This document shows, piece by piece, positions 11,651 to 22,455 of a stretch of DNA of 64,000 bases. Where the stretch lies: assembly GCA_028534125.1 (NCBI GenBank), contig CM052829.1, positions 29,140,001-29,204,000 on the forward strand, given 5' to 3'. A model generated the notes under the pieces. The model did not search any database. It saw only the letters and a program-made list of their open reading frames with translations, and was not told the origin of the DNA. Each line of letters starts with the position of its first letter. Position 1 is the first letter of the stretch. Source of the stretch: Lama glama (Eukaryota). The position numbers were made by a program, and so were the translations under genes.

Positions 11651-13249
11651 GTATTGTACATCTCTCCAAAAAAGGTGGGAGGGAGGTTTAGAAGTATCTC
11701 CCTACATTCTAGTATGAGTAGTTTCGAAACTAAGTAAAATGACTTATTGGGAAAGCCCCATATGCTTTCTTGTCTATCCTGGCTGGTTTGCTTAGAAGAA
11801 AAAGCCACATCCTGTAACTGTGCTCAGAGACTGTGAGTTGTAGTATATCTACCTGCCTCCTCAGAGAGCTTGTGAGTTGTCCCAGAGACAAGATAATACT
11901 GTCACTTCAATTCATCTGACCTGTTTTGTAGGCTACTTTGTCATCCCTGTAAAGGAGTGATTTTTACTCCTATACCATGCTGTTCCTAGACTGTTGTCTA
12001 AATGGGTTAAAAAATAGGTGTGTCAGCCCTTACTGTCTAATGATGGTTAAGATCAGGCGTCTTCTCTAGGATTGCCTGGAAGATCTCTGACTTGAGAGGT
12101 CAGTGGCTCTATGCAAAACTTCTCAAAAGAGGGATGTCCTTCTGTCTTCTCTATTCTAGTTTATGGACTGTGTTCCTGTGACTTTATCTGCTCCATTCTA
12201 GTGCCTTCCTCATATCTATTCAAAAGAGGATAAAAATTTCTTAGATCTTTCGAAAAAATATTAAAACATGCTATGGAAGTTGAATAATTAAAGAATACAA
12301 GATAAAGTACTCAAATACTTAGAAGATAAAATACTTAAAATATTAAAATCTGGATAAGATAAAGTTACAAATTCAGCTAAATGAATTCTTTGATTGAGGA
12401 AAGCATTAAGGAAAGAAAATGTAAAGTAACGAGATAAATACTAAATGAAAGTTTACAGTGAAAAATCTAAAAGTAAAGTTGAATAAGCTGCACTGAGTTA
12501 GATATGTATGTGTGTGTGTGCCCGTGTGCGTGCACATGCGTGTATCTGTGAACACAACATACCTATGTGCTAAAGTTAACATTGGTTTAGACTGACCTCA
12601 TTGTGCTTTTGGTCAAATAACTCAACTGAGTTCTTTGTGAGAATATTACGTAGACTTGGAAAATCCTGAATTGATGACCCACCTTAAATAGTTTCATCTT
12701 GGGAGGAAAACAGGCAGGGACATAGGCATATTTTTGTGTGGTTCAGATAAGAGCTGATGATCTTATGGTTTATAATGGGTTTCAGTGGTTCTACAGTTTT
12801 ATATAAAGCATATTTGATCTTCAAGCCCTATCGCTACATAACTATAGTTCTGCAATAATAATACCTCACATTTGTTTAGCCGTTTGTCTCTAAGAACTGC
12901 TCTCAATTATATTTTTGTATTTGCAAATGCACCAAAGGTGCATTTTGATTTTATGTATTGCAATAGTAATTCCTAAAAGGTTTAGTTTATATCAGCATTT
13001 TTTCTTTTAAACAGAATCCTATTTAAAAGATACCAGAGTATGCGTACAATCAAAAGTTATCACAGTTTACCAATTTTATATATGAGGAGCAGTGTTTATT
13101 TTTCAGTGGGCTTTTTCGATTTTTGCTTGAGCTTTTAAAAACAAAATCCTTTGAAAATAGTAGTTATAAAGGTGGTGATCTGTGGTGGTTTATGACAATT
13201 CTAATAAATTATATTAGATAAAACTGGAAGGAGCTATGTTTTCAAAACT

Positions 13250-13342
13250 TTCTCCTCTTTCCCCTTCCCCTACCCCCACCTTCCTCCCTACCTCCCTCCC
13301 TTCTTCCCTCCCTTTCTCTTCCTTCCTTCCTCCCTTCCTTCC
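13250..13342. repeat. CT/(CTTC)-rich tract
   Basis: ctcctctttccccttcccctacccccaccttcctccc…ccttccttcctcccttccttcc. Confidence 0.85.
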
Positions 13343-13889
13343 TGTATCAAAGGTAAGAATATACGCACTACATTTTCCTATTATTTCTACAAGGGTTGGG
13401 GGTGGAGAACAGTAGATTTTTTTCATAAAAAATCTGATAGCTGATAGCTCTACCCCTTCCTTAAGCCAAGTCTTATTCATTTGAATATTTCTCTTGGCTT
13501 TACAAGGAAACAGTTTTACTGTTGAGTATCTGATTTAAAAGGAGATCTCATGTAAAGTTTTAGTGAGCACTTAAATTAGATTTTATAAGAGACTCTTGCT
13601 TCATTAAAAATGAAAGAAAGAAAAACAAGTGATTAGATCCAGCAGGATGCTAGAATATTTGATGGTTTAACATGAACATGTCTTGAGCTTTTCCAGTTCA
13701 TAATGAGGCTTGCCTTTCTGTTGATACCCTCTTGACATTGCTTATAGCACTGAAACATTTTAAAGCATATATTAAAAAAATGATTTCATTCTGATATCAT
13801 CAGTCTGACCACTAGTTGAGCTGGAGAGATTGGAATCTGTTTTAGTAATTTATTAAATAAAATGTTTTTCAGACTGCCCAGTATTTACT

Positions 13890-14315
13890 TGCTGTTTCTG
13901 CAGGATGCCATGTGTATTCATATCTCCAGACCTCTGTTTAGGCATACTTGGTGCCAGTCCAGGGCCTGGCACACTCTAGCCTGCTTAATCAGTATTTACT
14001 GAATTAATGTCTCCTCTTTTCCTGACGTGCCCTTTCTTGTCTTTTTGCTATGACAGAATCTTGCTTATATGTCAAGGTCGAACCTAAAAGTCACCTCTTT
14101 GTGACTCCTCGTCTCTTTTTTTCAGCAGAAACAAATATTTTATATGTATTTTGTTACACTCTCATGATCGTGTCTACTATGCTACATTAGTTATTATGTC
14201 CTTTCTATCTTGTTTACAATCATTAAAGGCATGTAACATGTTTTAGTTACATCTCCAGCTTCTAAAATGTTCCCTGATATAACAGGCACTCAGTAAATAC
14301 CTGTTGAGTCAAATA
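13890..14315 (+). mobile_element. Two adjacent L2 3'-end fragments
   Basis: Ends gggcctggcacac…agtatttactgaattaatg (~14010) and caggcactcagtaaatacctgttgag (~14310). Confidence 0.65.
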
Positions 14316-14359
14316 CAATCTAACAGGATTCAAAGGAGGGTGACTTGGAAAGAGAATGA

Positions 14360-14525
14360 ACATGTACTGATTGACTAATATATGTTAAACTCTTCATTAG
14401 TTACTTGAAAATTCCATGGTGTATAATGTTTCATATGATCCTGGGAGAGAGGAGGTACTGTCCCTGTTTTACCCATTTTACCTTCGATGAGAAAACTACG
14501 TGGCTAGCGAGTTTAGAACCAGGCT
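14360..14525 (-). mobile_element. MIR fragment
   Basis: gaggtactg…cccattttac…gatgagaaaact…gagtttagaaccagg. Confidence 0.55.
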
Positions 14526-15066
14526 TTCTCCTCTTCCGTCTTCTATCAAAGCTGTATTAAGCTGTCAACTGAGAATTTTTTCACAGCTTTTTTCCCGCTT
14601 TTCCTTCTTAAATTTTTGCTAAACTCAGATGGTAGAATCTGCTATTTTCAAACCAAAATTCCTTCACTTAAATTGCTCAGATTATAAAAACATACCCATT
14701 TCACACTCATTTACCAGGGTGATTCCATTATTCTTACAAGTGACCATTTTATCATCGCAATCACATGGATCTTGCAAGCAATTGCTGTTTGAATTCTGAT
14801 CTTTTATGACTAAAATACCTTAGAAGGGAATCAAAAATGAAAACAACACCCTCAATTTAAAATAAACTTTCTATAGAATTGAAAATTATGAGACGTATCT
14901 CATCATTGTGGATGTTCTCAGATGTATTTTCTCTCTATTTTTGTAAGTCTCTCAGGGCAGAAGTCATGCAGTTAGTAGTGCATACTGCATTGTGTAGAGT
15001 AAGTTTATAATCTGAATCACTAAGACAAGCTCCTAGAAGGGCCTCTACTACATATATATATGTATA

Positions 15067-15069
<3 letters not shown>

Positions 15070-15101
<32 letters not shown>
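15070..15101. repeat. (GT)16 microsatellite with flanking (TA)n
   Basis: Direct read. Confidence 0.95.
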
Positions 15102-15103
<2 letters not shown>

Positions 15104-15509
15104 TTATATATTTATTTACAGTGATACCTTTCTTTAAAATTCTTCTCTGCCCCTGTGTCTCACCACTAGGATGTACTGGAATGCATTGTAAGGGGATGTA
15201 TCTTATAGATAAGTTGGATGGGGATATGTGTAGATGTCAGACTTTATTTTGCTATTCTCTTTGAAAGTGGCACTGTGACCTTTATTTCATCATAGTCTAG
15301 CCCTTGCTGTTAAAAAGGTAGGTTTTAGTGCCTTATTTCCAGATTACTATTTTTGAATTAGTAGGACAGGATCAGGGAATATTTTTATCAGAAACCCAAG
15401 GAGGTTTTCATTTTCATAATTACCTCAGTTGTTTCAAATAATATAGTAATCAATTTGAAGTCATTGGTTTGTTGCCTGATGGACCACTTGGTGGTTCCTG
15501 AAAGGTTGC

Positions 15510-15760
15510 TTCTACCTCAGGCATTTTGTATGTGATGTGATGTTTGCTCTGCCTGGAATGACTCTTAACCATGAATCTTCACATTGGAATCTTTCGTCCT
15601 GTCATTCCTGCTCCTCCTGTGGAAGCATGCGTCCCCACTACTGTTCTGTGTTACATTTTACCTGCCATTGCTTGTGGAATGTAGATTCTGAATATTTCGT
15701 TGTGTTGTTCATCTCGGAATGCTCAGAACAGTGACTGACATTTAATAGTAACAGAACAAA
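15510..15760 (+). mobile_element. L2 3' fragment
   Basis: ctacctcaggcattttg…ctctgcctggaatg…gaatgtagattctg…gaacagtgactgaca. Confidence 0.55.
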
Positions 15761-15849
15761 TTGGAAGTTTGTATAGATAATTAGGTTTACGATCTTTTTA
15801 TGAGTCTGCTGACGATGTGTATGTTTAGAGTGCCAGGCTTGCTTTCCCG

Positions 15850-16130
15850 TAGCCTAGGGGTGCGATGCTCAGCGATGGGCTTCATCCTGCGGTAGAATTC
15901 CAAGCGTCTTCAGCTGATGAATAGGCTCAGCGTGAGCCCCGAGCAAGTGGATCCTTAGGAAGAAGATTCATCAGTCCACAGTGTCCACAGATTCTTATAT
16001 GATTCTCTGTTTCACTATGGAAAGGACAATGCGAAATGTTTTGTTATGTGTTGTCTTGCCAGCTGATCGTGGTAGTTGGTACAGGAAGTAGGGAGGCTGT
16101 TGGAGAAAGAGGTCAAGGGGAAAGGACTGA
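15850..16130 (+). mobile_element. L3/CR1 LINE ORF2 fragment
   Basis: gtcttcagctgatgaataggctcagcgtgagcc…cttagg…acagtgtcca… resembles the L3 RT-region consensus (ttagttgaccacaagctcaatatgagtc…cttaggctgcatt…atagtgtcca). Confidence 0.45.
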
Positions 16131-16454
16131 TTCTGGTGTGACAATCATCTTAGAATTGACAGAAGTTTTTTCAGTTTTACTTTGAGGAACATAGAGGTAA
16201 TTAAATTAATTAAATCTATAAACAGACTAATTAATTTTGAAAAATTTTGAAAATTGTGTTTGTGTTTTGCACTTTTTCCTACAGAACACATTTCACTTGT
16301 CTAGAAAGGAGTACAGAAATGATAGCTTTCCAGTATCTTTGACATATCCTCGGACTGTCAGTAACGGCAGGAAGTGTGCTGGTTGAGAGGAGTGGCTCTC
16401 CAACCAGGAATGGAATTGCAGAGAATTCCTTGTGTGCTTAATAGAAGGCAGGTA

Positions 16455-16710
16455 GGAGGAGTGGTGGCTAAGAGTTTGGTCTCTGGAGTCAGATTCCCTG
16501 TGTTAAAGTTGCTAACTATGGTTAGTTAGTATCCAAGCTGTGTGAACTTGGATGCATTATGCGACATCTCCCTAGGTTTTCTTATTTGTGGAGATGACAG
16601 TGCTTTCTTCACAGAGCTGTGGTGTTGGGTACGTGAGGTAATGTATGTAAAAGTAAAGCACATCAGCATTCCCCTGGCACATCGTGAGTAGCAATAACTA
16701 TTATTATTAA
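16455..16710 (+). mobile_element. MIR SINE, near full length
   Basis: gtggctaagag…tctggagtcaga…agctgtgtgaacttgg…cacagagctgtgg…gaggtaatgtatgtaaaag…cctggcacat. Confidence 0.8.
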
Positions 16711-17543
16711 TACAGTCAGTGCTAGGTCTACACTTAACATGAGCCTGTTTGGTACTGATGCACAGAAGAACACATCATGAGGAAATGCATTAAAGGATGG
16801 TCATAATCTTTCAACTTATCGGTGTTATAAGTTTTGAAAGGATAACTTGTGCTTCAGCTGTTGCAGTGCTGGCTAAGTGGAGGGTCCCTACGGAAGGTTG
16901 GAATTGATGCATACCTGAAAAAGTCAAAGCTCTGAAATTGTCAGAGTGTGATCATTTTATAAAAAAACCAAAAACGTTTCCTTTACAGTACTAATTTGAA
17001 ATAGGAATGGTATCTTTAATTTCAGGTAAATCAAGAAAAAATGGCTTTTATAAGATTATCTTATGCAGGAACAAATGCTTTTCTATTGTTTTCGCCTCCT
17101 CCCTAAAAACATGGGTTATAAAATCTTTTTAGTGACAAACGACAAAATAAAATGACAAAATGTTCAACAACACTTTAAAACTACAACCTTTTCTTTTGAA
17201 GACATTAGATTTTGTTCCTATATAATTGTAAAGATGTGATGATTCTTGGAAATGCTGATTCTTTTTATTCATTTTTCTAAAAGCAGAAGGCATTTGCAGG
17301 AGCATGGTGACAGGGGTCGGGAGTTAGAAGAAGTTATAAGGATTAGGCTACATCTGAATTTTTCACTTAAGAAATAATTAAAACCCACTGTTGAGTGCTG
17401 AGAAGGTTAAAAAAGGTGAATAAGGCCCAGGTGGCTGCTTTCAAAGGGATTACAGGGATTGAATAAAATACTAGAAAAATAGCTTTAATAGAACATAGAA
17501 GGTGGTAGACACTGAAAGAAAGGTAGAACTGGACCTGGAATTG

Positions 17544-17546
<3 letters not shown>

Positions 17547-17576
<30 letters not shown>
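17547..17576. repeat. (AC)15 microsatellite
   Basis: Direct read. Confidence 0.95.
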
Positions 17577-17579
<3 letters not shown>

Positions 17580-17689
17580 CATGAGGGGGGAAATGAGTCC
17601 TTGACAAAGGGACTAGAATGTGCAAGGACTAGAGACAGAAATCAGAGGGTTATCTGTGGGAATCAGTAAGTCATCGTTCATTTCTCTAA

Positions 17690-17935
17690 CAGTACTAGTC
17701 CCAAGAGATAACATGCACAAAGAAGTTTCTATGGTGAAATTAGTTTGGGAAACTTCGGATACTATATATACCTCCTGGCGATGTTCAAACATTAAAAATT
17801 CTGAGAAATCTTCTATTATAAAATGTATTTATGTTATTTGTAGTAGTTTATTTAATCAAAAAACCTTTACTAGGAAAGTGCACAAAAATGCTATGAAACA
17901 GTTTCTTCGAGACCCTTACTGGGAAATGTTGGTCC
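17690..17935. mobile_element. hAT-Charlie non-autonomous DNA transposon, MER119-like
   Basis: actagtccca…ggtgaaattagtttgggaaac…attaaaaattctgagaaatc…tgggaaatgttg matches the remembered MER119 layout. Confidence 0.55.
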
Positions 17936-17949
17936 GTGAAGGTGGAGGC

Positions 17950-18260
17950 AGGTGGTGGGAGGTGTGAACATCAGTAAGGCTTTCTGATGTGGGTGAGCCA
18001 CGATCTGGCGTCCCCTCTAGAGGAGATAAATGGAGACTGTGTAAGATGGGATGGATTGGAGACTGGGAAGAGATTTGTGGAGGGTCTTCCAGTAGTTAAG
18101 TCTTTTTAAGCCAGTAGGTTGGAAGTCATGTAGGTCTAACCTGAGGTGACTGTGGTGGTACTTTAAGGAGGAAAGATTTGAAAGAAAAGGGTCTTATAGA
18201 AGTAGAGCCAGCACTTCTTTGATGTCTGTTAACTGTGGCAAATATGTGAGTGACTTGAGA
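17950..18260 (-). mobile_element. L2 fragment
   Basis: gatggattggagactggg…ggtctaacctgaggtgactgtggtgg…gaagtagagccagca, an antisense L2 pattern. Confidence 0.5.
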
Positions 18261-18261
18261 C

Positions 18262-18403
18262 TGGTTTTTAATTTTAAAATACACCCCCCCCCATTTTGAT
18301 ACCTCTGAAATCTGGAAGTATTTTAGTTTTTGGTCATTGTTTAGCTGCGAGTGACTTTCATTTTTAGTGGTACACCAAGTTCAAAGGTAGATTGTTAAAA
18401 TAC
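18262..18403. mobile_element. MER104-like (TcMar-Tc2) DNA transposon remnant
   Basis: cattttgatacctctgaaatctgga…tttttagtggtaca resembles the MER104 consensus (cattttaacatctctgaaatcggga…cttagtggtaca). Confidence 0.55.
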
Positions 18404-19850
18404 CACTGTTGTCAGGAATGCTTTCCAGGTAAAGGAATAATGAATGTAGCCTGAGAGTAACTTGGGGCTTAGCAGTTTGTTAACAATGTGATGTTCTTTA
18501 GTCCTTTTTGGAAGAGAGAGGACACTGGAAGAGTCTCCTCCAGTCATTTGGATGAAAGGAAATGCAGATCTGATTGAGAGAAAAGGAGTGACTGAGTATC
18601 AGAACCAGCATTCCCTCAGGGCTTTTGCTGTAGGCTTTCTCCAGCTGTCAGTACAAGGGAGGGAATCCTGACCTTCCACCAGTATCACTTACTTTCTAAG
18701 TCTGTTTTATTTATCCAGCCACTGTCAGCAGTGTGACTTGAGAGATGTGGATCTTACCTTGTCTTCTAGATATTCACTTGACAAAATAAACAGACTTAAA
18801 CTTACTGTCTCAAAATGATTTTGGTTGCCACTCCTTCTCTTCAGAAGATCATTACTCTTGCTGGAAGAATAAAAATTTTGTACCACGTTTTATTTGCTAG
18901 AGTTCCCTTAGGAGGAATTTAATTTATGGTATTTTTTCTTAAAGATTCAAAAAATTTAAAATACATGCTCACTGCTATACATTCTATTCTTACAGCCTAA
19001 ATAACTCAAGAAATGTTTATTAAAGAGAAAATACCAACCTCCCCAACCCTAATAGAAATATTGATCCAGTAAATTATTATGAAAAAACATAAGGTTTATT
19101 CAATATTTAATGCTTAAATTGCTCTGAATACATTGCTTGCCTCTATATACCCATGTAAATGTTAATGTCATGAAACTCATGGTTGTATTTTTTTCTTTTA
19201 CTCCCCTGCCACCTCAATGAAACAACAACAAAAACTATTAAAATCCCAGAACTTGTCCATAATGGTTTGATGGAGTTAAGTCATTTTATAAAACATTAAG
19301 CTTTTCTTTCCCCTTTTTTAAATTTTTAGGTTGACAGTGTTCCTAGGTCATGAGAAGAAACAAAGTTTTTAGTCATTGTTGGTCATAGCTGTTATCAGTA
19401 ACCAATGATCAGATTCTCATTAAAACAATGAGAAAAAATTCAGTTTCCTTGTTTTAAAGAAAAAAAGCTGGACTTCTCAAGGTTTTTCAGCCAGACATTT
19501 TAATTTGATCTTAGGTACTCAGAAAAGAACACACCCAACATTACTCATCAAAGGGTTTTTAATTGCCAGAGGGAGCTGAACTTGTTTTAAGATGACTGTA
19601 TACTAGTCTTGAGTTTGAATACAATAGATTAGGGAACACAGAAGAGTCATTTTGAAGATTGTTATTTTAGCACAGTGTGTATACCTCAGATTGCCCAGGT
19701 TATTGTTAGTCTTTTAACCTGTTTTCTAACATTTTTAAAGATCAAAAATGTTCAGTTAATTTTTTTTAAAACATCTGTGATATGTTAAACTATTTTGAGT
19801 TCTTTGGGAAAAAAATCATTCTCCCATGCTGTAATGAATGGGACCAATAT

Positions 19851-20361
19851 TGTGTTAGTTAAGAATCTTTCGGTTTTAGACAAAGGTCTGACTGTTTGAA
19901 GGGGAAAGAGAATATGTTAGAAAACTACACGGGGATCTAATGAAGTCTAAGGATAAGCCAAATAATAAACAACAGGCCACGAGGAGGTCAAGCCTGCAGT
20001 CTGACCTCCGGAACAAGGACTGAGACACAGAACCCCTCGGACTGCCATCTTCATTTCGTTTCTCTATTTCTTTGTGTTAGCTTCATTTTTCTTTGTTTGA
20101 GGACCATTCTTTTTCTCCATGCAATAGTCTGACCATTGAGAGTTCTTAAATTTTATATCCTAATTTCTAGCAACAGAGTGAGCCTTCACCAGGTTCAAGA
20201 CTCCAGGCAGGGAATTCTGATGTATTGGGTTTGGTTCCACCCTTGTGCCAGTTCACTGCGGTAAGGGAATGGTCAGCGTCACTGACTGCAGTTCCCTGAG
20301 TGACCATGTTCATTAGGAGTAAGGATGCTGCAAAGCCTAGAGACGGGCAAAAATCCCACAT
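19851..20361 (-). mobile_element. MaLR LTR (MLT1J/K/L-like)
   Basis: tgtgttagttaagaatctttcggtt…tagcttcattt…gggaattctgat…ccagttcactgcgg…aaaatcccaca; reverse MLT1 layout with TG…CA ends. Confidence 0.6.
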
Positions 20362-20755
20362 GTGGTCATTGCAAAAATAATGACTTGCACCTGTTACTTG
20401 ATTTGAAATTTTCTGAATAAATTAACAGTTATTGTATCTGGGTGAATTTTCCTAGTGGCACTTGTTTTGTTTTTCAGAGTAAGTATAAGACATTTTGGTG
20501 GTACTTCAGATCTTTCATGGAAAGAGATATTTGTTGGGAGAAGAGCAGTGGATTTTTATTTGAGGGTGATTATAAGGTATTAAAGTCAATTTATATACAC
20601 ACATATGCATACATATACACATGAGAACTACAACCTTAAATTCATACTTTAATAACATTAAAAATGTGTGCATGAGGAAAAATAATGCTCCATGAAAAAT
20701 TAAACCTAACCTTTTATCAACACACTTAAAAAATCTACAGTATAAAAAAGGGGTT

Positions 20756-20821
20756 AATGTGGTAAGACACCAGAAACTGACACATTGTAATTGACGGTAC
20801 TTCAATTTAAAAAATTTTTAG
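20756..20821 (+). mobile_element. Young, very short L1 3' end (camelid-type)
   Basis: acaccagaaactgacacattgtaattgacggtacttcaatttaaaaaa; same family as 9145 and 62180. Candidate TSD aaaaaaggggtt (20744-20755) / aaaaacagggtt (20822-20833). Confidence 0.8.
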
Positions 20822-22279
20822 AAAAACAGGGTTGCAGGCAGGGGAAGCTCTGAGAAGAGGCACAAAGCAGCTCTGTTGGCTCCTGATTGCTGGCCTGGGC
20901 TCTGAGGTGCATGAGCCTTTGTATGTTGCTTAGCAATGTGTGTTTTTTGTTTAAATGGATCTCCCCTCATGAATCATGAATTGTTAGTTTACAAGAGTAA
21001 GGTGTTCTTACAAGCCTGCCAGAATAGTAACCAAACTCAGACTCTTTTTGTACCAGAAGGCTTTTAAGAACAGAATTTTAGCTTCTCAGTTTTATTGTGG
21101 AACTTGAAGAAATATTTGATGATAATTCTGTCATTATAATCAGCCTCTAACTCTAATTTTGTTTTTATATAAAGATCTGTGTGATTCCAGCTGAAAAAGA
21201 ATTACAGGACTGATTAATTCTACTATTTAACAATTCATTTTGGGTATATTGTGTGGGGTGGAAGCAGAGAGGTGCTTTCCTATTTAGTTATTTGAGTCTG
21301 TCCTTTCTGAAATGGATTGTAACTCTGAAAGGGTGAATATTCAAGAACATGGTCTTGAATGCTTTGTAAAAAATTCTGTTCTTACTGTTCAACAAGTTTT
21401 GAATCTCTCTCAAAAGAGCTTTTCTGTTCGATTTAAAAAAAGAAGAGAAAAAAAGTAACCAAACAATAAATACTTCTTATTTCCCCACTCATATCTCCTC
21501 TAAAAAAAAAAAGTGTGGGAATCCACTTTTTTGAATCATTTTATCCGAAAAATAGCTAATATTTTCTTCCCTAAGCACCAGTATTCTTTTAAAATACTAA
21601 CCGGACGATTTCTGCCAACCATTCCCCCTCTTCTCTTTTCATCCCCGCATTTGGTCCCACCTTTCCTTTTTGGTCAAAAATTCTATTTTCCAACTTTATT
21701 TTACATGGTGAGATTTCTCCTGTGAAACTTTGTTGCTTTAGTCATTTTTAAGTCAAAATATTTGACTAGTTTTCTTTGACAGTTAATGTACTAAAAATAC
21801 AATAAACATTTATTTGTTTAAAAATGACAAGTAGGAAAAATGCTTGATTTCATGAATATTGATTTAAAATAATCTGAGAATAAATGCTTGTGTGTGTACA
21901 AGCAACTGCAACCTGATGTAGGAAAGGCTGTGTGGAAGTTTGGGAGAGGCAGATGAGCCCTTGAGACAGGAAGGTAGGGTCTCTCACCTGGGCACAGAAA
22001 ATTGCTTCCAAATACCAAAATTGGATTTTATCATTTTGCCCAGATTTATACTAAGAACAATCACCTGATTTTTATCTTTCTGATTCAAATATAAGCTACA
22101 CACCCTGTGGCTCTCGGTTCTGTACTGTTCAATCTGAATGTTCTCCTTCAGTGCTAGCTGGCCGGACCTTATAAGGCTTAATCTCAGTGCTGCAGTTTCC
22201 ATAAAACTGACCATAAGAGGCAAATGGAAAAGTGTTCCTGCTTTCTTCTAAGACTTACATGATTTTGCTTGTATTTTCT

Positions 22280-22455
22280 GTTGTAATTACTGTAGATTGC
22301 CTGTTGTTGTTCTGCATCCGTGCCCAGGCTTCTCCATGGGACTCTAAGTTCTCTGAGGGCAGCAGCAAGGTCTCATTGATCAAAACAAGGTCCACATGTC
22401 AAATGTAGGGTCTTGGATTTAATAGGTGGTAATTAAACATTTATTGATTCAAGAC
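22280..22455 (+). mobile_element. L2 3' end
   Basis: gactctaagttctctgagggcag…aataggtggtaattaaacatttattgatt. Confidence 0.6.
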
